NCBI GenBank assembly: GCA_963924565.1
Contig: OZ004609.1
Span: forward strand, 31,000,001 to 31,064,000
DNA length: 64,000 bases
DNA from: Ascidiella aspersa
Taxonomy: Eukaryota
Reading direction: 5' to 3'
Part shown: piece by piece, positions 30,566-43,836 of the stretch
Position numbering within the stretch: position 1 is the first letter of the stretch
How the letters are laid out: the number at the start of each line of letters is the position of its first letter
The notes under the pieces: model-generated
Databases searched by the model: none
What the model was told of the DNA's origin: nothing
What the model saw: only the letters and a program-made list of their open reading frames with translations
Translations under genes and position numbers: made by a program

Positions 30566-32743
30566 TTATTTATTGACCTGCTCTTGAAAGACCGGGTGCA
30601 GTTCCATCGCTTGCTGCCAGGTCAACTTCTCAGCGACTAGGTCGGCTACTAATTGCGGCAGTTGGTCCAACTCGACGCGGATTTGGACGCAAGAATCGCG
30701 CTCACGAAGAGTGGCAGAGTGGGGTTCGATCTTGGCCGTGTCGAAGTCGACGGTTACGCCGAAGGGAATGGCGATCTCGTCCGTGCGCGAGTAACGCTTG
30801 CCGATCGAACCGGATGTGACGTCGACCTTGTGCGACACGCCCAGACGCGTGAGGTCGTTCGAGAGGCGCGCGATGAAGGGCTTGAACTCGTCTTTGTTGC
30901 TGAGCGGCAGTAGGGAGCACTTGTACGGCGCAACCGCTGGCGGTAGGGCGAAGAAACAGCGTTGTTCGTCGGCCGCACGCGAACGGAAATTGTGCTCCAG
31001 GCTTGCGTAGAGAAGGCGACCGAAGCCGAACGAAGGCTCGATCACCGATGGAACGTATTCCTCCACTTGTACGCGTTTCTTTATTCTCTTGGTGGACGCC
31101 ATCCCGGCTTGGATTGTGAAAGTGCCGCCATCGATGCCACACTCGGTCGGTGTCCCATCAGCTAGCGACGTCTCCAAAACGCGTAGCTCATCCTGATCAA
31201 GGCCTTCGAGGTGTTCCTGGACTTTCTTAGCGTCCTTTTTAAACGCTTTACCAATCGCTTGCTTGTTGAGCGACAGCTTGACCAGTTCGACTTCCTTTGG
31301 CGTGGGCAGTGGACGCTCGGCCACCAAACTGACCTTAGTGGCCTTTGCATGGCAGGTTAGATCATAGCACGAACGGTCAGCACAGCCGACACACTCCACC
31401 CAGCCGTAGGAGGTCTTGCATTCCGCGTCCCAACAGTCGCATGCGTAATGAGCCATCTCGTTATCCATGTGCTGACGGAAGCGGATTCTGGAAGGATTGA
31501 TGCCGATCTTTAGGCAGAAAAGGTAGATACGACCCATAAAGTAGCCAAGTGTTTCGTTGTTGATTAATCCATCGCCTACCGCTTCGCCAAGGGTCATGAA
31601 TTTCGGCGCCTCTCCGTTCAGTTGGGCATGGGCGGAGTAGATGGGCAGCCTCAGATCAGCAACAGTGCCAAAACGAGGGTGGCTTTTGTCAAGCGGATCA
31701 ACAAAATGCTCAATCTCCCCCATTTCAAATTCGCGAACCCTAATTAAACCTGCTCTTGGCGAGATTTCGTTACGGAAAGATGTTCCAATTTGCACTGCGG
31801 CAAAAGGAAGTTTTCCCTGATTAAACTCTAGCAAACGCTTGAAGTTTAGGAAAATACCTTGAGCTGTTTCTGGCCTCAGATAACTAGGCATGGCACCACC
31901 AGGGCCAATTGACGTTTGAAACATTAAATTAAAGTCCACAGGGTCAGAAATGTCATTGCCTGTCAGTGGAGATTTAACATTGTACTTTTTCATCAGGGCA
32001 CCCAGTTCCTCTTTTCCGTAGTTGTCAAGCTGCTGCATAACGCTTCTCATCTCAGCTTTCATCTCATCCGTTGTTCCCTTTTCTTGCATGAGCTTTTCCA
32101 GGTGGCCTTCGAGCAAGTGATCGGCACGAAAGCAGGCTCCGTTTTTGAGGTCCTTGACCATGAGGTCGGCAAACCTATCAACGTGTCCGGACGTCTTCAG
32201 GACTTGCGCTGGAGTGAGCATTGTGCAGTCCACCTCAAGCATCTGATCGTGCAAGATAAAGTGCTGTCTCCACTCCGCGATCATGTTGTTCTTCAGCATA
32301 CAGCCTACCGGGCCAAAGTCATATAAACCGCTAACTCCGCCATACAATTCAAACGCCTGGCCATATAAAAAGCGTCGCTTGATGGTTTCTTCAAACTTCT
32401 GACGAGGGAAGTCTTCTTTTCCTGCCAGTTCGTCTTCCTTGTCTTTCAATTTGCGCTTGCGTACTTTTAACTCGGCAACTGCCTGTTGCAAATCAATAGC
32501 AGGCGCTCCTGCCTCTTTCATTGATCTAACTGCATCTCCTTGTTCTTTGACAGAAATCCTTAAGGGTGCAAGCAGCTTTTCCAGTTCACCATCTGTTGCC
32601 ATGTTTGCCTTGATAAATGCGAGTTCAATGTCTTTCTGTTCCTTCAGGCGCAAGTTTTGTTCAGCTTTTTGCAAGGTCTTCTTTCCAACTCTTGCCGAAA
32701 ATTGTCGTGCAAAATGGATGTATGTCAGGCAAGATTTTAGCAT
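30566..32743 (-). CDS. GARS1: Glycyl-tRNA synthetase (eukaryotic alpha2 type) with single-exon CDS, putative mitochondrial presequence and WHEP domain; second in-frame ATG at 32602 for the cytosolic form
   Basis: 725-aa ORF with [63 protein letters not shown] and a C-terminal anticodon-binding domain; WHEP at [16 protein letters not shown]. Confidence 0.97.
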   Translation of the reverse strand: MLKSCLTYIHFARQFSARVGKKTLQKAEQNLRLKEQKDIELAFIKANMATDGELEKLLAPLRISVKEQGDAVRSMKEAGAPAIDLQQAVAELKVRKRKLKDKEDELAGKEDFPRQKFEETIKRRFLYGQAFELYGGVSGLYDFGPVGCMLKNNMIAEWRQHFILHDQMLEVDCTMLTPAQVLKTSGHVDRFADLMVKDLKNGACFRADHLLEGHLEKLMQEKGTTDEMKAEMRSVMQQLDNYGKEELGALMKKYNVKSPLTGNDISDPVDFNLMFQTSIGPGGAMPSYLRPETAQGIFLNFKRLLEFNQGKLPFAAVQIGTSFRNEISPRAGLIRVREFEMGEIEHFVDPLDKSHPRFGTVADLRLPIYSAHAQLNGEAPKFMTLGEAVGDGLINNETLGYFMGRIYLFCLKIGINPSRIRFRQHMDNEMAHYACDCWDAECKTSYGWVECVGCADRSCYDLTCHAKATKVSLVAERPLPTPKEVELVKLSLNKQAIGKAFKKDAKKVQEHLEGLDQDELRVLETSLADGTPTECGIDGGTFTIQAGMASTKRIKKRVQVEEYVPSVIEPSFGFGRLLYASLEHNFRSRAADEQRCFFALPPAVAPYKCSLLPLSNKDEFKPFIARLSNDLTRLGVSHKVDVTSGSIGKRYSRTDEIAIPFGVTVDFDTAKIEPHSATLRERDSCVQIRVELDQLPQLVADLVAEKLTWQQAMELHPVFQEQVNK

Positions 32744-32757
32744 GACATGTTAGTCAT
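32737..32757 (-). promoter_or_regulatory. uORF (MTNMSC*) overlapping the first GARS ATG, just downstream of a splice acceptor at 32776-32775
   Basis: Minus strand ttcttttttctattggttaacag|gttaaacatcaatttta ATG ACT AAC ATG TCA TGC TAA; the GARS ATG (32743) lies out of frame inside it. Confidence 0.6.
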
Positions 32758-35700
32758 TAAAATTGATGTTTAACCTGTTAACCAATAGAAAAAAGAACAT
32801 TGAAGGATACATTTTTAAATACCATTTAACTGACATATAGTGGCATGTTTTCAAAAACATGAGGTATATGAGATTTCTGTTTCTATAAGCAATTAACACC
32901 CAGTTTACAGGGCATAAGTATGTAACCCACAATCCAACATATATACATTCAACACACTGTAATGTCTTTGCAGACTAGTTTGATGGTTAAGATGCCATGA
33001 GTTTAAAAAAACAACACAATTAAATGTTTGGAGAAAATATAAATTAATTTTAAACATCATAATGACGTAATTAAGCACGAAAAGTCAAATAATTTCATCA
33101 GAATTCCAGGATTTTTCATTTTTTCAATTGCATTTCACGAAAAAACAGAAAAAAGAACCCTAGACAACACTGAATGGTGGTTCATTCAAGCTGAAGACAT
33201 CATGTGAAAAATAGCACAATTCGCAATCTTGATAGATATCAATTCGGTTGCTTTTAAATTAAAACTAAGTGTGATTCCACTGCAACCAGACTACTCGACC
33301 AGTTTGCATTCTGTGGCAGGTGCACACATAAAACTAGTTCTAGAGCAATTTGTGTGCACACACAAATGGAACAGTCTGGATTTCATAACACTTCATGCCA
33401 AAATCTCTGGTGCCGGACCAAATTTTGAGGTGTGCAGGTGCATTGTGCAATCATGTTTTTTTGCACACCTTGTGTTGGAAATCCTACCACATTGACCTTT
33501 TTCCAGTTTAAGTGTGCAATATGCCAATTCAGGTTTGCACACGAATTGCTTGTAGAAAAAATATCAGCTGCCACAAAATGCAGCTTGGCAAATAAGTAAA
33601 TTGCATAACAATACTTTGGAAAATTTCCCCTCTGAAGTACATATCGATGGTTGAGTTGTGGTAGGATTCCTAACAGCGTTTTGGCATAAAACCTTGATTG
33701 CACACCTGAATAGTTGGCGCGGTAACATGAGATAACAAAAAAGAGTGCCTTGAAATACGCGCAACAGGCAGCCGTTTTTTGACAGGAACGCTTTTGCACA
33801 AAACCCAAATGTTGCTTGGTGCTCCAACTAGCACTCTAAACTGAAAACTTTGTACACTCATTTTATGTAAGCAGAACATATTATGCATTTTTAGATTATA
33901 TTTTTAACAATCTTCTTTATTTGTTATGTAGTTTTGCAGAAAACATACTACGGCTTAAAACTATTTAATATACAAATGTTCTTAAATCTATAAGGTATAC
34001 TGGAACTAGATCATTTTACTCCATTCTAGCTGACAATGTGAAGGAAAGAACTTCGACAAAACAGCTACGTACTTCTCAAATATAATGCTAGTAAACCATT
34101 TTCAAGTTTAGAAATACAAGTTTACCAAGAAAAGGAAATAGTACCACAACCATCAGATGTGTTTCTTTCGCATGCTATTTGTGAATACATGCTTTACCTT
34201 TGTTTTTAGTAACTAAATTTATTTTTTAGTTATATTACCTCAAATTTGTAATTTAACATAATATTAAGATGTACACATTAAACTATATTGTTGTGTTGTG
34301 TTTATTAGCTAATAACATTATGTTATGAATGATCAACTTCAAACTGTTTGACGTATTATTATTTGAGTCACGTTGCAAACCTTTGAGCATGACGCAACTT
34401 TACATTATCCGTAACACTACAAAAAAATCGAATCGCCGCTGGGATTAAGGCATACTTATAATGGTACTTTTACCAATACTATTGCCATTGGTTTACCAAG
34501 GCACGAGTACAGGCAATTGCTGTAGAAATGTGATTCTAACAATCTATGCAATACCTTGATCGTATTCCTTTTGTGTTAATTCTTTGAATTGAAAAATTTT
34601 GTGAAATGCGTTTCCTAGGATGTTTCGATCCCTCAAGCTCTCGTACTTTTGATACCCTCCCCCCTCTTCCTAGGTAAGACAAAAATCTATTTGCAATTTT
34701 AAAGTCGATATATCATAAGTTCATCTATAAAGTTTTTTAGAAATTTAGGCAATTAGCCACGCATTAAAAGCGCCAAAGAACACATGTCCCAAAAAGACAC
34801 ATGACCCAGCACACATTTTATTTTGGTGAAATGATTAGCATTTTCAAGCACACGCCCTTGCTTTGATGGGTACTTCCCGGGTATACGTTGTTACGTTGTT
34901 CCCTTCTGTATTTATGTTAAGTCAGCAGAAATTTGCTCTTGATGGTAGAGTGATTTAACCGATACAGTTCGGTTAATGGTATGCAACAAATGAGGACCTG
35001 AAAACTGCATGTAGCCTATAGGTTTGCTAATAAGAGAATCTGAAAGAGGCCTTAAAAAAGATAATTATTTCTGTACATTAAATCGACAAGCTTAAATGTT
35101 AAAATCAAGTAACATTAGTAAGTAGGCCTATAGAGTATTTATTGCTTAATGTTAATTGAACGCAAACTTTCCTTGCGAAGCGCTCGACCCGCGAAAACCC
35201 CTTAAAAATAAAACGATAAAACTGTGTGAAAAGTGTCTCGTATGTTTAGGTTTTATATTTTTTAATTTAAAGGTTTTAATTTTGTTACTTTTTTAGGTTT
35301 TGTATTTTTACTCGAAATGAATGCACAAAGTATTTCAACTCCCATAGCATGCAAATGCACCTATCAATCGTGTCAAAGCGCAAAGCATGTGAAAAACAGG
35401 TTTTCCCGTCTGTCAATCAATTTAGCCTAACAGTTGCAAACGTTGAAAACACATCCGCATTAAACATAACTACGATGACTAAACGAAACCGCACCATTCA
35501 CTATTATGACAAACGCCACCAGCCCACCAAGGAATATTTTTTTAAAGTGTATGAGTAATCGCACACCCCAATGACAAATCGTCCTAATCTAAATCAAAAC
35601 AATTTCGACAGCAAATCATAATTTACGGTTTAGGTAGGTGTGTCAAAATGCAGGAATTGCTTTGCACGAAATGGTTTGGTTGAGTTTGTAGGAATACTTG

Positions 35701-37326
35701 GATAAAAATTACAATTTGGACAATACAAATTTTGACAAAAAGAAAACTTTCATCGTCTAGTTTGATTCAGTTCAGCGTTTAGGTGTGGTCGCTCTATAGT
35801 GGGCTTTGTTTGGTGATGGGACCAGTTTTGTTGTGCGCCAGTGTGATTTGACTCTGCGATTGGACCAACTTAATTTGCCTTCTTGAACGGTGAGCTTGGC
35901 ACAATTAAGGCACTTAACATATAAATATTGATTGTATTCATGTTTATCTAAACTTACTTTAATACATTTCGCGTACAGAACAACAAAGTGTGTCTTTTTA
36001 TTTTAAGGTACTCATTGATTTAAACGAGGGCCTAAGCCACACGGCTAAAAAGGTTGCCAAAGGAAGTTAACCGCAGTGTAGCATATTGCAAGATTCGTCA
36101 GACGCGCAGGCTAAAGTTAGTTTGTAAAACGAGAGGGTTTGACAGGTAACGTAATACGCCTGGTTTCTCAAACTTACAGGGCAACGCAAAAAGCAGGTTT
36201 TCAAAGGGTAACGCAAACCGCAAGATAAACTGATGGTCAAATGATTGTTTCAGCCTAAAATTTAGTCAGGAACACTTGTCGCCCGAGGGCCTCGATTTGC
36301 ATTTTTGTCTAGCTGACTTGTATGTAAATGTTGTGTCTAAAGGCGCCCAGCGGAAGGTGTTTAACATTTACCTGTAAATTGTTTATAAGGACATGGGGCA
36401 CTGGAGGTAACCAGCTGTTCAAAAAATATGAAAATTTGTTTCGGCTTCTTGTGACAATTTATAAGGTGGTAAAATTATGGCGACGAACCTTGGGTAAATT
36501 TCGAGTTAGGCAAGATTATCTTTAATTGCCTAGGAACGTTGAGGCAGGCTTTAACACCAGCGTTCAGTTCGTACCTAACTAGTGCATGTACTCTCTGTGA
36601 TCACCTTCCTGAGGTATTTGTGGTTAATAACCTGGGTTGCGTTTTCACGATGCTGTGCAGTTGCATAAAAATTATGAGCCTATATGTAACATTGCATAGC
36701 CTTAGCCTCAACTAAGACGACACGAGGTATAATAAAACGACAGACATAATTTGTTTGTGTATATGCTTGATTTTAACTTGTCTAACGCCACACGACAATC
36801 GAACTGTCATGTGATTTTTAAGAAGTGATTTGGCGCGATTAGCCACCAGCGTATGAGCAAAACAATTATTCTGGGGGGTTAGCTAAATTCATAAAGTTCA
36901 CGTCAATTGTAAGGTTATCAGGTTTCCCATACAACTTAAAATTAGTAGTTAGTTTTTAGTCACTACCTTGTGATATTTGACAGAATTGTAAAAAGAAATT
37001 GTTCGTATGGCGAAAGAATGTAAAGTGCGCGCTTGTGGGGGAAATCCACATTCTTTCATTGCCGCACACACGTGGTGACCGCTAATTCTCGTCTAGAATG
37101 CACTGTTCCTTTTTGAGTTCTTTAACGTAGATAGAGCAGCAGAAAGTTGTTTCGATATTGAGTCTTGATCGTTCAATTCATTTCAACGCGCAAATTTAGA
37201 CTGATTTTGCTGCTGCGTGCAAGTTTGGTGTTTGTTAAAATATAAAAGTGTTTGTTGTGGCCTACTGCGTAAAAAAATGTCTGGGTGGTTTCAGGTTCTA
37301 CAGTTTTGCACAGGTATAGCGTTTAC

Positions 37327-37657
37327 CAGTGTTGTAAATAAGTTCTTTTAAAATAACCTAAGTCACAGCCAAGTCATTTTGCAAAATAAAAATAAGTCAA
37401 GTCTTGTTAAATAACAAGTCTGAAATCAAGTTTACGCAACATAATGTAGCCAAGAAAATTGTTTTATGTGCAAAAAATGAGAAAAGCTATCCAATTTTAT
37501 TAAAAAAGTTAAAAACCTTGTTTTAACCTAAGTCATTTGTCCAAACGACTTAAGTCTAGAGTCAAGTAATTTTACCCAAAATATTTGAGTCAAGTAATTT
37601 AAAAAAGTGACTTAAGTAAACTCCGGTCACGCAACGACTGAACTTATTACAACACTA
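37327..37657. mobile_element. AAGTC-rich MITE (CAGTGTTGTAA TIR)
   Basis: TIRs cagtgttgtaa / ttacaacacta; many caagtc/gacttaagt motifs. Confidence 0.75.
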
Positions 37658-38469
37658 GTTTTACAAGACGAAAATATTCATATCTTGCTGCAACGCGGAA
37701 GTATTAGAGTCAAAAAGAAGGTTAGAGCAACTTAAACGCGGACGTGCATATCAGACAATGGACGCAACAGAAAAAGCGACAATTCTGACCAGTTGCCGCC
37801 TCTTTCACACCGTAAAATGGCGGGTTTTGAGACGATAAAAAACAATCTATCCTTTCTGATAAAAGTGCCCGGTCGCAAACCACTGCGAAGAGTGGACTGC
37901 TAAAGTTGCGTTGGGGAATTTAGGTGGCAATAGCATGATTATGGAAATTAACCAGTTACTGAGTGACGTTTCAATTTTTGGTGACACCCTATAGTCTTAG
38001 GTAGATTTAGACTAGAAAAGTATCTTTAAACGGAGGTATTGTGTAATCATTGCCTGGTTCGTTTTTACATTATGACCCTTTGGATCACTTTCTTGACTTC
38101 TAAGTAAGGGGAGCTATTGTAAGGGGAACGTTTCGAAACACTTCTTATATCAAAACAGACCAGCCAATTATAACGCCGCGTGTAATATACCATAACGTAA
38201 AAACAATGTGTTGTAACTTGCCAATAACGTAAAACATATTGTAAAATAGTGCGCTGCAACTTGGATTAAACGTGATAAAACGTGCCTTGCATTGATCAGG
38301 ATATAACGTATTTTAAACAACGGTGATGTCAATTTAAACATCGCACGTTTCGTTGAGAAGCGTCGTTTTAAACAATTGTCAATTTTCTTTAACAGTTTGT
38401 AGAGAAACGGTTAGCTGATTTTATTAAGTACAGATTTGTCTTAAACTCGAGGTTGCGAAGTTTGTTAAA

Positions 38470-39899
38470 ATGAATGGCAGCCAAAGAGAAATGTTGAATT
38501 CAACAGAACCATGGCGGAGGCATGTCGAACAAGTTTCTTGGGCCATCCTGACCACTGCCTCCTTTTATCTTGTCGTGGTTCTCGTAATATTCGAGGTAAA
38601 ACGAGAAAAAAAGCCACGGAATACCAAAAGACGAAAAGGCTGGACTTGGTGCTTCAGCGAGAACCCAATGTGCATTCTGGCAGCGATCTCCTCGCTACTC
38701 AGATGCGCTTCCTTGCAGATTGAGCTGAGTTTCGGTACGCAGAGCGAAGCGGCCTGTCAAGCATTCATGTTCCTTAACACTTCGCTGAACAACGTGAACC
38801 TTCTGGCGGTGTATTGTATGTTGTGGATCCGTCAACGCGCGCTCTACAATAATGTAACGCTAAAGTATCTGTTAACACCTTGCTACCGGCTTCTGAACGC
38901 CGCCGTGCTGGCCTGCTTCTTCGTCGCCATGGTTACGCTGACGTCACTCGTGTTCGCCGGCCTCAAGCTTGTGACGTCACCCATCGGGTGTGTATACGTC
39001 ACGGTGCACGAATCTCTGCGATACGCGATCACTGGCGCGTCATTCGTGAGTTTGGTGGCAGCACAGTGCTCGCTTCTGGCTCTTATGCTCTATCCACTCT
39101 TCAAACATTACGGGATCACCAGAAACTGTTGTGGCGAAGAAAGAACCAACAAAGACCGGAGCAGCAAGATACAGGTAAAACATTATTATTTGTCTAAAAT
39201 TAAAGTAAAGATTGTGAAAAACTTACAAAAAGAAAAATGTTGCAACTTTGTTTGCCCGAAAATATTGGCGAACTTGTTGCTATATTTGTTTCAAATCGAG
39301 AAAAATTCTAATTTTTTTTAGGTTCGTGCGATAATGTTGTAGTTATATTTGGGGCTCACTACAAATTGCCGCCGTAGATTAAATTATAAACTTTACGAAC
39401 GATTTATAATACATCTGACATCAATGAGAAATAATATTGCTTTATTACGTTTCATTGAGGTTCAGCTTTTGTCAAATTTGTCGGTGATTAAATTTGCGAG
39501 ATCACGTTAAGTTAGTGACCATAAAAGTTACTTAAGTCGGCACGTCAATTAAGTCGATTTTAAAGTAAATTGCAGTTCCTTATATACGCACAGAATGTCG
39601 TCACGCGTCTTTGTATCAGCACGTCGGTGTGCGTCATATCTGACGTCATACTGGGCCTGGGCGTGTCCGTGCTCGATTCGGTGGTCAACCGGCGTTCCAT
39701 CCTAACCTGGCTCGTCTACAACCTCAACATGTTCGTCAATACGGTGGCGCTAGTGAGTTCCTTCAAGGACTGGACCGCGCGACTGTTTCCATGGAAAAGC
39801 CAGCCGGTTTCGTCCTCTGACGCCACCGACGCTGGAGGCGCTTTGTGCAGCGTCGGTGGAACGTCATCGCGTCACGTGATGTTCAGCACGACATCTTAA
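38470..39899 (+). CDS. Divergent 7TM receptor, copy A (intact, 336 aa; exons 38470-39174, 39594-39899)
   Basis: Phase-0 intron cag|gtaaaa...cacag|aat. Seven hydrophobic segments, N-glycosylation sequons NGS/NST, Cys at the top of TM3 and in ECL2 (SPIGC), LWIRQRALY at the end of TM3, and YNLNMFVN...FKDWTARLFPW at TM7/helix 8. Confidence 0.85.
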
Positions 39900-40009
39900 G
39901 AACTTTATGGAAAACACTCAAACACTGCATTTGCAACTGATGAAAATAACGTGTTCATAAATTTATATGTTCACTTGGTCAAAATATTAAACGCGTCGAC
40001 ATTGAGAAC

Positions 40010-40416
40010 CAGTGTTGTAAACAAATAACTTTATTAAGACTTAAGTCCAAGTCAAGTCTTCTGTAAATTAACTTTAGTCAAGTATTTTAGAATAAATAAC
40101 GAGTCAAGTTCCAATCAGTTCATAATTAGAGCAAATCATTGTCATAAAAATTGCATGTTTAAATCCGATTATGAGAAATACCTCAACCTAAATGTACTGA
40201 AAACGCAACATGTAACAAGCAATTTATTTTATGTGCAAAAATCTGGAAAAATAACCAAATTTTATCAAAAAAAATCTTAATGAAAACACTTTATTTCATC
40301 CCAGTCATTTGTCTAACAAAATAAAGTCCATCCATTTGCCCAAAATACTTAAGTCAAGTTAAGTGTTTTATAAATTGTGGCTTACGCGCAGTCTGACTTA
40401 AGTCATTACAACATCG
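40010..40416. mobile_element. AAGTC-rich hAT-type MITE downstream of receptor A; paralogous copies at ~46830-47080, 50532-50970, 52311-52708 and (inverted) 63732-64000
   Basis: TIRs cagtgttgtaa / ttacaacatcg; 8-bp TSD ttgagaac / ttaagaac; the same flanks in the paralogous copies. Confidence 0.8.
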
Positions 40417-41460
40417 TTAAGAACAAATCCAAATAATGCTGGTTTAACGAAATACTCGAATCGAAACAATAAACACAACAAGCGAAAGAAACATTTCAAC
40501 GTAAGATTTATTTGTATTGGGAATGGTGATTGTCGTTTTAAAGTAGGAACAGCGTTTAACGCTATGTAATTTGATTAATTGGTTGAGACGATCGCAATAT
40601 CTTATTTTGACTGATGTAAGATAACGCAGGACTAGGAGATTAAGCTTTACCTGGTATTGAGTCTGACATGGCTGCGAAACATTGGTGTAAAAGTTGTAGC
40701 GATGCTAAACGTGAGGTGATAAACACTATTGGAACGGAAGAAAGCCTGATTGACGTGCACACGCCTTCTTATAGCTTTGTGTTTCGGGTGTTTTGGGGAG
40801 CAAGAAATTATGAGTGCGTTTTCAATCGATATATACGCAATACTGGGAAGTGACTGTCATATTTTGCCCAGAGCCTTCTAATGAGTGTTTTATCACTGTT
40901 TTACATACAAACACACGTCATCGACCCTGTACATATTTTAGACGCCAACTATTTACGCAAAGCAAAGGATGATAAAATGCATTGCTATAAACTACGTTGG
41001 CAAGTACTTTCATTGTAAAAAGTTCCGTGGCATGCGTGGCGCCCGTTGGCTGAGAAGATTCACACAAACAACCCACAAAGTCAAATACGATTTGCGTAAA
41101 ACGCGAAAACTTATTTTTGGGTAGTATATATAGGCATGTAATATGTATGGAGCATTGTCTCGTTTCCAGTTTGAAAAAGAGGCTGGGGCCGCATGATTAC
41201 CTTTGGCGAGCTGTAGGTTGACCTTTCCTGGTTTAAAGTAATTCGGTTCTGAGAACAGTCTTGATGTATCAGGAATGTTAGTTTGTCACTTCGCAAAGCG
41301 GCACGTCCTTTAATCACACGTACTTTTGTGCACTATTCTTAACGGGCTGCTTCCCAGTCAACTTCTTAAACGTGTTGCTCTTGCTTTAAGAAACAGCCCA
41401 ACAGTTTATAGTATTTCAAATATACAAATTTTTGATATCACAGATTTAATTGCTTTCAAA

Positions 41461-41820
41461 ATGAATGGCAGCAAATTAGCTTTATAAAATCTTAAATTCG
41501 ACTGAATTATGGCAAAGGTATGTTGAGCAAGAATCGTGGTATATCCTAACCACTGCTTCCTTTTATCTTGTTGTAATGTTCGAGGTAAAACGCGGAACGA
41601 AGCAACAAAACAATAAAAGACGGAAAGTCTGGACTTGGCACGGAAGCCCTGGGGGCGTTATTTTTGACTCTCACAAATTGAGCTGAATTTCGGAAAGCAG
41701 AGCTACGCGGCTTGTCATACATGTTCCTTTTAATTAACCGTTCGCTGAACCTGCTGGCGGTATAGTGCATGTTGTTGCAGTATTTCAAAATAATGTAACG
41801 CTTTGTATCTTCTCACGCTG
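41461..41820 (+). pseudogene. 7TM receptor copy B: decayed 5' part of exon 1
   Basis: atgaatggcagcaaa..., atcctaaccactgcttccttttatcttgt, ttcgaggtaaaacgcgga, attgagctga and ctgaacctgctggcggtatagtgcatgttg align to A/F with many deletions and stops. Confidence 0.85.
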
Positions 41821-43836
41821 TTTTTCATACAGCCCCAGTGACCAAAATTTACCACCCGCCAACAATATTACAGGTTCACCATATTTAATTTTAAATCACA
41901 AACATCTGATTTAAGAATATCTTCTTGAAAAACGTAATTATTGTTAACATATGTTGTAAACCAAACGATGTAAATTAAAGTCGCTTTTAGGGCGGTATAT
42001 TTCACGATTGGTCTGCTTAGTTAAAACTTATGATAAAAGTTTAACATAGCAGTTAATATTAATTTTGACTAACAAAGCAAAGCGTAATAAAAAACTCACT
42101 TTTGTTCACTACAGAGTTTTTTATTCAAAAGCCAAAGTACTAAACCTAAAGGTCGTCTATATTGAAAGTTAATATTTTTAGTATCCTAAATATTTTTAAG
42201 TCTTAAAATAAGGCACTATAGTTAGAGTGCCTGGGTGTTAAGCGCATTCATGTGAAACTTAAGCGATAAATTTAGGTTCTGTAGTTCCCCTAAAATTCCA
42301 CACTATTTAAAAAAAAAGCGTTACGCTTGATACGCAGCAACTATACCCCAAGGTTTACAAAGTGTTTCACATCGTTGTATCAAGCAGAATATACTTTTGC
42401 CTGCTGCTAGTTCTTGCAGTTGTTAATTTGTTTTTACCATGTTTAGAAATTAGGTTAAGAATGGCGTAAAACTAAACCGATATGTAAAATGAATTAATTA
42501 TCTTACTAACGGTCGCATTTTTTTATGAAATAAGCTCGGGTAGTTCTGTAGTTTAAAATGATTATATTAACTGTTTTAATTAAACGATTAAACATAATCA
42601 AGTAAAGACAATTTGGGAGTGTAACGATATATTTATTAAGTTTTATGAAACTAACAGTTTTTTTTTTCAACAAAATATAGCTAAGTTTTGCCCCAGACAA
42701 ACATTACTGTTAATAAACTACAAATCTTATTTTAGAAATTATGCTGCGGACCAAAAGAGTTAAACCGGCGAAACAAATTTAGCTCACCGGTGATAATTTG
42801 TTACACCCTGGTTTAAATTAATATCTTTGTTAAATAATTTAGTCGTAAATAATAAGAAAAAATATTTTTATGTTCTTTTTTGGGACAAAAGTAACAGTCC
42901 TAATAATAAGGCTCTTGCTTGATGTCACGTGTTACTTGCTTTTGCAGGCACGCTTAACGCGATAATTTTAGTTCCAGAAATTCTCCTGCAGCGCTAATAT
43001 CGGTTTCGAAAAAACGAGAAGGTCATTATTTTAGTATTTCAAGATAAGAAGCAATGTTTTTCCCGAGGTTTACAAAATGTATCGCATCGCTACATTTAAA
43101 GTTAAAATATACTTTGGCTTGTTGTTGTATAGTTAACAGTATAGTTGTTTGATTTTACCATTCTCCGGAATACAGTATAAAAAGAGTATAGAACTATACA
43201 GATTGCAAACTAAGTTAATTGCTACTACTAGGACTTGAGTGGTTTTCACATGGTTTTGTCGCAATTCTTTTTGAACAAGGTTAGTTAACAATGGTATTTG
43301 AAAAGGCTAAACTTATTGTTAAAGTCCGATGTTGCTTGACATTTTACTACGATATTGATGCCATATTTCTGAACATAAGGTAACACGATATGATCCAACC
43401 CCATTGGCGTCTATTAACTATGCCCAAAACAAGCAAAAGAGATCTAATTAAACCGTTTAAAGGATTTTTTTGTTATTTGGCCCAATAATTAACATGCTAT
43501 CTTAAATTTCTATATTAATTAACCCTGGTATCAGAGATGTACCGATACCATTGCTTGATTGGGCTTTGGACTCCCATACGACATTATCGTTCATTCTTGC
43601 TTATTATTCTGTATCAGGATTTAGTTATCAGTTTATTTGATTTAAAGGGTTGAACTTTCGCTGGAAAACGCATAGAAACTACAATTTTGGTCGCGATTTC
43701 AGTAAGCAGCTAATAACTTATTAGTTGGAAATTATTATCCTTTCATTGATGATGATTGCACCATATTATAGAAAAACTTTGTTATTATAAGGAAAGTTAA
43801 TCTTTGGCTAAAAGTTACATTAAGCTGTTTAGAAAA

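Noticed and set aside
27135-30566. GARS-FER operon (co-directional genes, acceptor before the FER ATG)
   Set aside because: The CDSs are 3.4 kb apart with several MITEs and a CpG-containing promoter-like stretch between them. Ascidian operons usually have abutting cistrons; not supportable without SL-seq.
30653-32753. Antisense and alternative-frame ORFs overlapping GARS
   Set aside because: Expected shadows of a GC-rich coding sequence; no recognisable motifs.
33229-33888. Overlapping 70-141-aa ORFs upstream of GARS
   Set aside because: No recognisable domain or consistent splice structure; probably non-coding.
39175-39321. C-terminal extensions of the receptor ORFs in the ORF track (also 44551-44652, 55386-55451)
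   Set aside because: Read-through into the intron past the conserved CAG|GT donor; TM6-7 are on exon 2.
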